From assembly GCF_036321535.1 (NCBI RefSeq), contig NC_087436.1:51894001-51958000 (forward strand): a stretch of 64,000 nt of DNA, given 5' to 3'. A model generated the notes under the pieces. It ran no database searches. It was not told the DNA's origin and saw only the letters and a list, made by a program, of their open reading frames with translations. The DNA comes from Camelus dromedarius (Eukaryota). Made by a program: the position numbers and the translations under genes. This document shows positions 36,099 through 49,550 of the stretch, in pieces (position 1 is the stretch's first letter; every line of letters begins with the position of its first letter).

Positions 36099-39000
36099 AT
36101 TCCCTTCCAGTACAAAAAAAAAGGCCAGAGAATAAGATCTTTCTTGGATACTTTATTGACGTTATCCTCATGGGCATATTTCTGCATCCTTAATGAGAAA
36201 GTCTGATTCCCTCATATAAATGTCAGTGAATCATGAGAAGCAGCAAAGTATATACAGGAGAAAGAACATGAACTTCACTTCAGATTCTGCTGATTATGTA
36301 TAAGTTATTTAACCACATTGAGTCGCAGTTTCCTTTTCTGTAAAACTAGGGTTGTGGTGTTTTCCAAAGGTTCTTGTTGAACAGACTGTAAGTAGTTGGC
36401 TCTAAGTGTAGCACATAGTAGGCTCCGAATTTACATTTGTTACTTTCTGTTTTTCCTGTATACTAAGGGATCTGAAGTCCTATCAAATGGCATTTTCCTC
36501 TAATGGCAGAGAGGAAATAAAGAAGCCAGAAAATGGAGCGTATTAAAGCTATTGGCAGGAAAAAAAAAAAAAAGTAAAGAAACTTATGCCATATAGGAGG
36601 ACCTTCATCAAAGAATAGTCATAGAAGACTTTAGACAAAAAGATGATTATAAGAATTCAGTGCAATCTGAAATGAACCTTGGGGGTTTAGGACTTTATGT
36701 TTTAAGTCTAGTTTCAGGGCTTTCTACAGAGAACAGACATTTAATAATGTAAGCTATGATTTCTGTAAGTAGGACTGTGAAACTTAAATGTGAAATGAAA
36801 TCAAGAGCTAGTAGTTTCTAATTATGCTTTGAAAAAATACAAATAAAATACATTGTCCTGATGCAGGGCAACTTTTAAAAGAAGAGAATAATGAAGGAAG
36901 ACGGCCATTCAGATAACTCTTCGGAAGAAACCGATTGGAGGAACTTGTGTATTTTGCTTCCAGTCTCCTCTATTTGGTTCAAATGAAAAAAGGTAGAAAG
37001 TATCTCAGGGATTACTTTTATTCTCTTAAAAATATATTGAGTTTGATGTTTTTAATTAAATTATTTAGGTTGATAAATGGCAAGAGGGATATTATAATAC
37101 CACTGTGTAATTTTCACAGCAAAGCAACAAGTACCTTAAGGGTTACCATTGTGAAAATTAAGTCTTTTGGTAACTTGGCTGGTATTATCTCCTTAATTAA
37201 AATGTGATAAATTAGAAGCCTAACCCAAAACTTATTCTTTAAAATCAACATATGTTGAAATGTGTAGAGTACTGTTGCCAGTACAAGTGTTGGATGGTGT
37301 AGTGCAAACATATTTTTGCAAATATCTGATTCCCTTCAGTTTCTGGATTGTCTCCCAGTTTTAAATAGGGTAGGTGATGAAATCACTGGGCATTAAATGC
37401 ACTTAAAAATTGCAAATGCATTCTATTTTCTCTCACAATTACTTGACAGCCTCTGCCTAGTGTTTCCTGTTTTACAGTAATGACTGTATTCTCCTAGTGT
37501 TCCTCCCTCAAGTAAAATGCTCCATGGTATAAAAGAGCTTTCGGGATCATTTCCCCCATTTTTCATGTGTTTGCTAATTAGCTAGAGTTGACATTTAATT
37601 TTTCCAACCCTTATAGTCACAGCCATTTAAAAGTTAAGTTTAATAGAGTTTTAAATAATCCAAACAAGGTGTATCTTATATAATTTTGTTTTAATTTAAA
37701 ATTCTGTTACCAAAAAATCCAGCATAGCCATTTGCTTATAATAAATCATGCCTCCTTCTAGGAATTTTTAAAGTGTGGTTAATGAGCCTCTTGAGTAGTC
37801 AGCTGTGCTGTCTGAATTGCCATAAGATGTTGAAAACATTTTAGATGGAAGGTACTAGCGAAGGGAGTGGCGATCTCCTTACATACTGCTAAAGAGGTCA
37901 GTTCAGAAAAGTAGGGCTGGGATGTTTTCTAGCAACTCAAAACAGAATGCTAACTAAAATTAAGAGAAAATTGTAGAAAATCCTCACATCTGCCATATTT
38001 GGGGAACGTTAATTTGAACTTTCAAGAAAATGATCCTTCATTTTAAAGTAATACGTCATGGAAAAGAAGATGACTCTCTATTGACTTTGTCAGAACCTAA
38101 CTGGTATGTCCTAGAGGTTAATTCCATATATGGGATCCCCTTACGACTTAGAATTTCCTGGTATCAAAAACTAAAAGAGAGATGTTTATAGTAGAAAAAA
38201 AAAATAGATTTCTACACGAGAGCTTTTGTAATAACAAATGGTGGAGCTTTAGGAAAATACAACAATTTGAGCAGTCAAAGGTGAGGGATTTAGTTAGATA
38301 GGAAGAAGAAATAAACTTTTGAAAATGCTGTTCTCCATAACTTGTCTTATATTTGGTTTACATTTCTAAAGTGCTTTTTTGCTTTATGTTTTGATTGGCT
38401 TTTATGAGTTTTGTCCTTTGGTATTTGTTTCTATAGCACTAATCTACACACTTTCTTTTTTAAAATAATAATTAAAGATTGCTTGAGATTTCTCCAGAAA
38501 AGGATTATATAGCTTAAATTTTTTGAACATTTTGCTAAAGGAGGAACTATTTAAAATTTTTAATTTTACACAGAATCTTTGTACATTAACAAAGTGAATG
38601 ATCATTCATCTAACCCAACAGCTAAAATCATTTATGAATGTTAGTTCTATAAGAATGTAAAAATAGGATGCTATTTTATTTCAGACATTTGTGTTTTCTT
38701 CTTAGATAAAAATTTCTTCCCCAAGGTTCTGGTAACTGTTTACAAAATAATATTTGATAACATTCTAGCTTTTCTTGGTTATGTGTCATATCACATAATT
38801 AAAGTTATAATTTATATGCTTACAGTGAAAATGAAATGAATTTATTGTAAAGATCCATGTTATATAATTGCAATATTTGCATCATACAATAAGTATGCTG
38901 CATATGTTTATCTCCTTTATTAATGTGTTTAGTTCAAGAGAGTGTAGTTTAAATCAGAAGTATATGTGATCTTGTTAGAATTTTCGCATTCACTTCTAAT

Positions 39001-41131
39001 TGTCTTTTTTGGCTACCTACAGATTAAATGAGGTTTTTGTGTAAGCTGCCTAGAACAGTGCTTGACAAAGAATAGTCATTCATTAAATGCCAACTATTAT
39101 TATTATTCTAGTATTTAAATAGAGTATAGTGATATATAGTAGTGGATGGTAGAAGGTTGAGTCTGGATAACTTATGAATAGATTTTCTGCGTATCTCCAT
39201 ACCTGCCTTGAGTGGAAAGAGATAAATGAGTGGAAAGAGAGAAATATAAAAAGAAATAAGAAATTAACTGGCTGAGACAAGGTGTGAATTGTGTGTGTTT
39301 GTTCAGAACCTGAGCTTTACCAACAGAAAAATTCCAGGATCATTCTGAGAGATGGCACCCCAGTGTTCAGTGCTGTTTTATAGTATACAGATGTAGCATA
39401 GGTTGGGGATCAGAACACCTACCAAATAGCTGCATGGCTTCAAGTAACATATTTAATTTTTATGATTTTGAAATTTCTCATCAGATAAGTAGGAATAATA
39501 CCAGCAAGCTGACAGGGCTGGTTGTGAAGATTAAATGAAATAATATACGAAGTAACAGTGCCTTGTCACACACTAGGCACTTAGAAAATTTTGATTCTCC
39601 CTTTCCTAGGACAGAGAAGAGAAAACTGGTAGGAATATAATAGGCGAGCAAAATTGAACATGTGGCATTGTGTTTTCATAATTTTTTAAAAAATATACAC
39701 TGATCTGAGAATTTTAGCTGTACTTGGGTTCACTGGCAAATAAGAAATCCTGAAATGGTGGATTATCTATTTCATTGCTGTAAGTTATTTAACATAAGTG
39801 AGACTTGACTAATTCTTGATTTCCTAATTAGTCTCTTTTCATAAAGCATAATTTTTATGTGATTTTATTCTTTACTTAAATAAAAAGATTTCGGTATTTT
39901 TCACTATTCCATTTAGTGTTAACTAAATTTTCTACTCATATCTTTAGGATGAGGCATTTGAAGAAATCTGCTATTCCATTTCAAATACATTAATAAATTG
40001 TATCTTGCCAAATAAATCTATAATTTCTATTTAATTTGAACAAGATCCTTGGCTCAAAAAATGTGTATGCGTGCTTTTACTCTACTGAATTTGGTCATGG
40101 CTTTCATGTATTATTCCGAAGTATTTTTTATGAAAATAAATAATATTAATTTATGAAATCAACCATTTATTCCTTCTTTTTTTTTAAATGGAGTTTCTAT
40201 AGTTTACCTGTATTATTATTCTTATAGGATAAGTATCAACTTTTTTGAAAAAGTTTGAGGTCTTATGTGATTACATTATTCCTGTAAGCCAACCTGATCA
40301 TTGTGCTTTTTTGTTTGTTTTGATCATTGTTAAAATAGATCTTAATAATCATTATTATTGGCTACTGAGAATTCATTTTTTAAATTAAGCCTTATTTTTA
40401 TTCTTGTAGCAGTGTGTTAATCATAAGAAATTTTTTTTAAAAACTTTGGCAATGAAAAACAAACTAGTATGTGGAAAAACAGGAAGTCAATCATGGAAAG
40501 CTTTTCTTTACACTTAAATACAAATACAATTTCAGTAATACTTCAGTAGAAGAAAGTACAATTGTCATACTTCATTAGGTATTAGGTAACTTCATAATTG
40601 GTTAAGTTTGTGTATTTGTACTTAGCTAAGCAAATTTTTATCTGTATAGTAGTCTTTTCACATAGGACATGGGATATAGAATTAAAGTGTTTGAGTTTGT
40701 TGAATCATTAGAAAAAGTTGATAAACACATGCTTCCTTTTTTAAAGTAGAGTAATATGTAGCATTTTTAAAAGTATTTTTTTCTTTTTAGATCAATATAA
40801 GTATATTATATAGAAACATTTGCGAATAGAATCTCTTTTGGTTGATCCTGACTGTGTAGACTGCAAAGAGAATCAATCAACAGAATCAAGTCTGTTCTTA
40901 TGCAGGTATGCCTGGATTTCTTTTTAAAAGATACACAATTGGATTTTCCCTGGACCCTACATGGCAGATAATATATTTTTTTCTTTTAGCTGCTTTGTTT
41001 TATTCTTAGACAGGGCCCTATTTCTTGTAATTAGTGTTTCTGTTTGCCATATAGTTTTCTTTGAGCCCTGGAACAAGATGAAGTTCATAGGATTCTTAAG
41101 TGTGTCTGTCTCCCACCCAGTATGTGTGCGC

Positions 41132-41133
<2 letters not shown>

Positions 41134-41173
<40 letters not shown>

Positions 41174-41194
41174 ATACACGCACACACACATACA
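41134..41194 (+). repeat. (AC)17 perfect core with imperfect extension
   Basis: Perfect at 41134-41168, then interrupted by ta/cg. Confidence 0.95.
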
Positions 41195-44100
41195 ACCCCA
41201 CCCCGTGCACACACATATTTTGCCTTTTGGGTTTCAAATGTTTTTATGAAACCTACATCACAGCATAGCTACTTCGGAGCCTGGTTGTCCCCACTTCAGA
41301 AGGATTATGCCCCTTTTATTCTATTATTTATGGATTATTGTCAAGTAGAAAGCTTTGTCATTTTATAATATCCTCAGGAATAAAGCCCCTTACAAATGGG
41401 AAGACACAGGAAGTACCAAGATAACACCTAATGTGTATCTTTTTTTCCTCTTTCTGTTCCCTTAGCTTTTATAAATGATAGATGAAAAAAGCCTTGCTCT
41501 CAAAGTGCAGACAGGGAATGGCAGAGGAAAGTGGGGCTGGGGCTGGGAGAGCTCTTTATATAAAACTCTGGATTCCTTTTTTTAGGAGATGACTTCCTCT
41601 CACCAGTACAAAACTTTTTATCTTATGTGTATATGCATATACAATTTCACATTTCAGAAGGTATGCTTTAATTGAATAATGAAGGTTTTTGTGAATATAA
41701 AATAAATTTTTGACTTGAATTTTTTATTAAAAATAATTCTGAAATATTTATATGCCAGGTATCATAATAACAAAACTATTACTAAGTATACTGTGTATAT
41801 TGTGCAGGGATAGTAACACAAACTATTAGACTTCTGTAGCAGTTTCTCCCTTCCACTTTTAAAATCTAGGATTACTTTGGCTCTGGTATAGTTATCTTGG
41901 AAGAAAATGATTTTTAAGAATTCCATTTGCATAGCATGAAGAATTTTGAATGTGAAAAATACATACAAATCTTGATAAATTACTTTTAGCTTCACATGCC
42001 GGGCCAGATTTTAGATGTACGAATCTTAAGAGCACAAATAGGAGTCCTTGTAACATGTAGACATGAGTCATTACAAGATGTATTGTTAAGTTGTTTGGGA
42101 CACACCCAGTAGATGAAAAGGCTAAAAAATATGTAAGATGTAATTAGGAAATTCTCCCTTGATTACTCAGTTACCATTGTGCTTTATCATTATTTTTGGA
42201 TAACAGATTCAATAGATTCATAGTAAGGATTCATATTATGAAGAGATAGTTTTTGTCCTGTACTGGAAACTAACTTACCATGGAATTGGAGTATTCTTAA
42301 GATTTTGAAAGAAGAGAAGTGTATCCTTTAAGAAAGCAGTGAATACTTCAGTTATAACCTCATTGGTTCCTTTGGTCTGTGAAGAAAACATTGAGCATAG
42401 TATTTTCTCCGAAGGAAGGCTTCACATACCAGGCACCTACTGCCCAAGTGTTAGCCGCAAGGCACATCTGGCAGGTTTAAGAATGTAAGAGAAAATTCCA
42501 ACAAGAAAAGTCACGTATTTGACCACGTTTTAACCTTTTTGACAGTGGACCAGTTATAACTACATTGTGTAATCAAGATAGTAACCATTTGTCACATAAT
42601 TGAGACAAGTCGTTTGTTAGGAGAAAACTTTTCTAGGGAGTAAGTTTCTCCATCTGCAGATAGTAGGGTTCGACTAAGGAAGGTTTATTCTCAGCTGATA
42701 AATCAGCTAACAACCATGATGGCCTATCTGGTTTCCTAGGTTTGTGCTGCCAAACTACATTCTCAGAATTGTTTTGCAGAGGTAAAAGCTCCAAAACACT
42801 GGAAATATGGCCATTATTCATCCTCATTTCAACGCACTCTGTGTTCAAGTTCCCTGGGACCAGGAGAAGTGAAGCTGTAATCACAGCACTGACTGGGGCA
42901 AAAGTTTAAGAGGCGGAGTTTTTCCCTTAGACTTTCTTGTTTTCTGTATAATGTGGTGTCCTCTGTATAAATACAGTATGCCAACAAAATCTGGTTTTCT
43001 TTGATTTCAAATGAAAGGGCAGTGATTTCTTTTAATTCCATTTTCAATTCTTTTTGTGTACACCATGATCTAAGTTTAGTGTGTTTTGCTGGGAAAAGCT
43101 ATTTGTGTTTTGGTTGAACGATAATACCTACAGTGCCATACCCAGTGTGGGTACCTCAGAGGAGGGGAGAAGAGGTGCTGTGTCCACTGAGACATTCAAC
43201 AGATGCTTGTGGATCAGAGTTCTGCCTGGAAGGGAAAGAGCTCTGTCCTTGACTCGTGTTCCTGGTCTAGCTTGGGGACCTTGCATGCACTGTTTTTGTC
43301 TTTCTTATCCGTGATGTAATTCTCACATCTTAAAGGAGGTGACAGTAAACAAAACAAAAGAAAACAAAGAGAAAAGAAATGAGAGTCCAGTTTCACAGAA
43401 CAAGCCAAGCCATCTGTGTGGAATAAGGGAGTTAGAACTGGTCCCTAAGTCAGTAATTCTGTGATGCTTGGTATAGCAACCTCAGAATCACAGAAGAGCA
43501 AAGAGAAGCTGACTTACTTTTTGATTTGTTTTTACTGAATATTTTTCCTTTCAGGTCATATGATGAGCCTTTCTGTGTTCTCTTCATTTGTTTTTCTGAG
43601 AAGTGAGGAAGGTGGTGGGTGTGTAGCCCATATTCATTCACTTTCCATGTAGCTCGTAGACCAGTTATTACTGTTGGTTTCTTAGTGGAAATTTTTCTTT
43701 CACCCTCATTTTGGCTTTACCTCCAAATGCCTTCTTCTGTTGGCTGAAATCTAGCACTGTAATTTGTGGCTTTCCGGAGAGGGAACCTCTGTGGCCAGGT
43801 GAAGGAGGCAGGCTGCATTCCAGCCCAGGAGTGAGTGGTGGGTGTTCCAGACAGAAGGCTGATTCTGGAGTGGGGAGGGGTGGAGGGTTGGGGAGGTGTG
43901 CGGGGACAGGGATCTGGCTACTAATTCAAGCCTCACCTGAGGCAGTATTTTTTTAAACAGAAGGTGCCCTCTCTAATTAGCTGCCCCAATATGCAATTAG
44001 ATTAATGACAGCCAACCAATTTAGAAACCTCTTCCAGAATAAGCTAACCAAACAAAAGATCTTCCAAGGACATGACAAAGAGCTAATTTTCCTGAATTAA

Positions 44101-45929
44101 AGAATTTGTAGCTTTACCTCTTGTGTTTGTGGTGGACTGCCTCATTACCTTATGATGGTAAAGTGTAGTCCCCTTTTTGGGAGGCACAGTTAAAACTTTT
44201 TCCTCCTGAGGATGTCTTCTTGGGGGAAGAAAAATCTGTTACTTAGTTGTACCTTTCCAGTAAATTCTATGGTCTGGAAGCATTGTATGAGGCTTGGAAA
44301 TTAAATGGTTTAATTGGTAGTGAAGTTCTCAGGTACTAGAGGTGGATGTATTTCCATCATTTAAGATTCACTGAATTTATTATGATTTTTGTTAACCATG
44401 AAGAACACTTAGAAAACTGTTTGGTGGTTAGGCTGATACATTTTACTGACCATTCAGTATATGTTCTTAAAAATTTTTATACTGTCGGATGCTAGAAGAA
44501 GATATGTGTAGAAGTTAAAAACTTTATCATCATTGACTTTTTTCTAAACTCCACCTCCCCCCCAATAAAATCTTTAATAAACTGTTCTCTGATTTTGAAG
44601 TAAGAAGATTGCAATGAATGATTTCATTCTGACATCGCATTTGATTAGAAAGTCTTGATATTACTAATCTTATTTTATCCTATTCAGAAAATATAGTTAC
44701 CTTTTCCTTTTTATATGAAGAAAAGGATGATTGTTACCATTTTCCCTCCATGCCTGTACTCTGAAAGTATACTCTAGGCTTTCTCTTCAGTTAGCCTGAC
44801 CCCAGTTAAATCATGAAAACAGGTCATTATGATTCACATTTTAAATGTTTGTTGGTTTTCTAGAAAACTTCAGCTATGATTAAAAGCAACCATTTAATTT
44901 CGTTTCCCATCTTTTTCTGGCATGTGAAACACACTAATTCTGAAAATGCATTTCCGTAAACTGAGATTCATTGGTGCAGACTGTAGCACTTCCCAAGTTG
45001 TGTAGAACGTATTCTTTATTTCTTTTGATCACCTTCTAAAAATGTGACTAAAAAGTAGTAGAGGATGACAGAAAGGAAGAATAATACTTTTTGTGGTTTC
45101 GGCTAGTTCCATTTTCAGACGTGAGCTTTACAGTTCACAGGAGCAAAAAAGTTACTAACAAAGCATTTAAGCTTCTTGAAAATCAGGCAGCCTTTCTCGC
45201 CTAGATGCCGAGAAACATTTTCAAGCCATTCCAAACCACTGGGATCATTTGCTCTGATTTCAGATAAGCAAAATAAAATAAACATACTCTTGCCCATGTG
45301 GGAACTGGTTCTGCAGTCTCTTGTTCTGAGTCTGCGAAGCCTGAATGTCTCCCCAGTATCTTTGAATGAGTCTCATTGTTTATTTATTGTGCTTTTTCAC
45401 AAGTGCTTGTAACTTCACCCTTGTTTTACTAATAGCTTTCTTCTAAAGTGGGTTGACATTTCAGTTAATTTTCAAAGGCCTCAGTGTTTTTGCTCAAATT
45501 GGGCCATACTGATGGGCCTGTTTAGACAGTCTCATATAAATTGTAGCATATCAAAATAAGGAACATTTATGAGAGATTTTTAAATTTGTTTTCCTATTTT
45601 AAAAAAATGTAAAGTCAGAGAATTTCTCCTTTCATATTTTTTAATTACTAGTATTGGTAAATTAAATAAGTGCTCATCAGGTTTAGAACATGTAGAAGCT
45701 GTAAGGTTTTATGTTAAAACCTATTAGATATGTAAAAATATATTTTTACTCATTTTTGAATATAATACTGTGACAAAATCTTAACATGAGGAATTTAGAA
45801 GATTGATCAATGACTTCCTTATCTACATGAGCAAACTTGAACACTGCACAACATTCTGTGTTTGGATTTTTATTGCATTAATTTTAAAAACCATAAATTA
45901 AAACTTTTTCAACTGTAGAAATGAAACTA

Positions 45930-46900
45930 CAGCAGAATGTTGTCCTTATACCAAGAATTAAAACTTATAAACTACAAGGCAGTATTGGCACAAAAATGAG
46001 CGTTATTAGGCAAAATTAAGAAACAGGTTCTAGTATATAGTGAAACTTACTTAAATGATAAAATGACATTCTAATATTAAATAGAAAAGGCAAGGATTAT
46101 TCAAAAAAATCATATGGTATCACTTTTAGACTTATTTAATATCATGTATAAAATAAATTCCAAATATATTAACAACATAAATTAAACTAAAACAATCTAA
46201 ATAAAAATATTAGGAGAAAACATTAGTAAAATATCCTGATGATATTTTTTGAAATAACTTTAAAAGCTTGCTATGAAACTTTGATCCGTAAAGCAAAGAT
46301 TGACAGATTTGGTTACATAAAAAGTAAAAACTCTCATTTGCAAAAGATACCATGCAGAAAGGCAGAAAAATATTTGCAGAAAATGTGGTAGACAGAAAAT
46401 TGATTTAATTTTGTAAAGGGCTTCACTTTATCTCAGTGATCTTGTCCTTCTTGTAGGAATCCAACATACAGAAAATACCAGTACATAAGGATTGAACACG
46501 AAGTTTCTATTGTTAAGAATCTTTTTGTTGTTAATATAAGTTAATTGTTAAAAATGTATTTTTATCAGTCAAAAAATCAGTGAAAACCTTTTGAGCCAAA
46601 CATGGTAGGTTTCAAACTATGGTATATCATGAAGCTATATGAAAAATAATTTGTGGATATCTATATCCTTGGGAAAACGTACAGGATATTTTTTAATTGA
46701 ACAAAATAAATTGCAGATACTAATGTGCATGTAAATATATGAGCTTGTATTTTATATCATTTTTTGTTAATAAAAACAATTATCTCATAAAATGCATACC
46801 TTTGTATATTTCTATGTACACTTAGTCAAAATATGGAAGTTTCCATTGGGTTGAGTTAATGTGAGATTGTTGAAGAGGTGAAGGTGGAAGAAATGTGGGT
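45930..46900 (+). mobile_element. Degenerate L1 (L1ME/L1M5-like) ORF2 end and 3' UTR fragments
   Basis: A-rich strand with L1 ORF2-like remnants: aaggcagtattggcacaaaaat, ggattattcaaaaaa, aggagaaaacattag, aagattgacagatttggttacataaaaagtaaaaact, gaaaaatatttgca. Confidence 0.65.
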
Positions 46901-49399
46901 ATCCATTACATTTGTGATTTTAAAAGTACCAATACAGTTTTTAAATAGAAATTTTGGCCATTTATACAAACATGTTAATTTGAAACAAGTCAAAATTACA
47001 CATTTCATGAACAAATTATCACTGAATTTAGACATAGTTACGCAGGACTATAGATTTTGCCATTATGCATCCTTCTCATTTTGACCTGTTCACAGGGGAG
47101 ATTGAAACCCTTCTTGATTATGAAATATCCTTCTGGGGTTTCTTAATGAAGAGATGGATTTCGAAGTCTGATAGAGCTTTGAGCAACACTCAAACTAAAC
47201 TTAATGGCCACTCCCAATTTTTAAGCGAAACATAAATTTGGCCCCAAACTTTGCACTTTAGTTTATAGTTCTGTTTAGAGTGATTCAGGAGGCACTTACT
47301 TCAGCACTCCTAAAAGACAGTGGCCGAGAGCCAGGAGCTTTTGATTTGTCATGCTGGGCTGTCTTGCTGAGATCAGGCCAAATTACTCTCTTGGCTCTGA
47401 GACTCAATTTCTCCTTTTGTCAAATGGGAATAATAATATTGAGAAGTAACCAATGAGTGCTTTTAGATTATTTGGAGCTCTGTATAAAGTGTATGGTAAG
47501 GACAGACTTAGACATGGCTTGTTGTGTTAATTAACTTTTTATTAGTGGATGCTGTAACCCAAGTGTCAGTATAGGCCAAGAGGTCTTCATTGTTTTGTGC
47601 TAGTATGCGAACTTAGCAAAGTTTGTCCTTGCTTCTGGAATTATGTAATACTAAAATGCTTATAATAATGTATCATTGCACCTGATCTTCCCAGAGTGTT
47701 AGAGCCAGAAGGGACCTTGACGATGAGGCTGCAACTACATTTTAAAGCTGATCAAAGATGAGGTGAATTCCTTGTCCCTGGTCACATAGCTGGTTAATGA
47801 CAGAGCTGGGACATTATCCCAGCCACATGCTGGGAAGTATTTCTGCCATGAATGACTTAGTAAATTCATCTCCTTACTCTCAATCTAGAGCTTTTCCTAT
47901 AGCATTTATACATTTTACTTAGTATTTCCTTATTATCATACATGGAATAAATACTATTCAGAAGTCTAGATAATCTCTACCAGTGAGATTACTATCTCAA
48001 AGGAAAGGTGTACCCTTGTAGAAGCTAGTTAGCTTTGTTTTCATTTTCTTTTTTTCAAAATGAAATTTCTTTAGGATACTCTACAAACTATATTAAATGG
48101 GCCAATTATTGCAGGAAACATATATAAGTAATATTTGCTTGCATGTTTTAATTATCCAGTGGTTTTCTTTGAGCTCATATGTGATTTTTTTAAAAAAAAT
48201 CTATGAATTTTTTTTAGAAAGAAACTTGTTATTTGGAGTAAGCACCATATCATTAAATATGTAAAAAAAATACAATTTTTTTTTGTAATTTTTAACATAT
48301 GTAAACCATCTTTTAAAAACCTGAGTAGGGTAATTTTTCTTACAAGTGAGCATGTTGTTACATTACTTGGGTGAAGAATGACAGGAGAATTGGGTGATTC
48401 ATACACTGATTTCATTGGAAATAACTTGAGTAGGGAGGGCCTATTATGGAATGAGCAGTGGAGTATCATGTTGTTTTTGATATTAAATGAATTGAGCTTT
48501 GTAGTTTCAATAAGTTTTGGACATTTGAAGGCATGAATGCTTTATATGTTATCAGAGTTTTTGTGTACATATAGTTACATAAATAAGACATTTTATATAT
48601 AAATGTATGTATATATGTAAATTTGTAGATAAAGGCATGTATAAATATGATTACTGTGTTGGCATTTGAGACGATCCTATTTGCGATGAATGATGGTGAC
48701 TTCAGTTAAGGACTTTTGAAATTATTTCCTAAGATTGAGTACTTTCAGTTGAATACTGCCCCCCTCCCCTTTTTTCTCCCATTACTACCAAACTATCCAT
48801 TAATAGTGATAGGAACAATGATATTCCTAGTATGGAGAGAACTCAGCATTATTCAGAAATACATTGTTTTGGGGGAAGCAGGTACAGTACAGTCTGGAGT
48901 AACAACTAGGACCTCTGCATGAAATGCTGTATGTGCCATAAAGTGATTTAAAATATTAGCTTAAAAGTAATGACAAAAATTGTAAATTGACTATACTTCA
49001 AGAAAAAAAAAAGGAATGACAAAAGTTGTTTTGTCACTATGGTAACACTAATGCCTTTTCCTTAGTAGATTGTCATCACAGTTTATGTTTTGATGTGATC
49101 TTTGTCCTTTATGTGTCAGGAAAACCAAAGCCAAGGTGTGTGACGTTGCCAGTCTTTGATCCAAACAGGTTTTTTGACTAAACATGTTTTATAATGTTAC
49201 GATAATTCACATTTTGTGGATACAAAGTGTTTATATGGGGAATTTGACTTGACAGATTGGAATGTTTAATATGTATGTGCTCTAATCTTGCTACTTTGTC
49301 TCTGTTAAATAAAGTTGATGATATTTTAGCTTATTTGTTCTTGTGACCCAAATTATTTGTCTCTCTGAAACAGCAGTCAGCATATTAGTCTGTTACTTG

Positions 49400-49550
49400 C
49401 CTTTTTACTTCACTTTTCCCACTCTTCCTTAGTAGACTGTGCTCCCTGCAGGGCAAAGACCATTCATCGTAATCAACTCTACAAACCTAGTACCAAGCAC
49501 GGAGCTGGACACATGTAGATATTTAGTAAAAGTGTGTTGAGACAATGCCT
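49400..49550 (+). mobile_element. L2 3' terminus
   Basis: tagactgtgctccctgcagggcaaagaccat...cctagtaccaagcacggagctggacacatgtagatatttagtaaaagtgtgttga. Confidence 0.6.

Noticed and set aside
26180-39808. Exact 17-bp match acataagtgagacttga at 26180-26196 and 39792-39808
   Set aside because: There is no flanking similarity. One such match is plausible by chance in 64 kb of AT-rich DNA.
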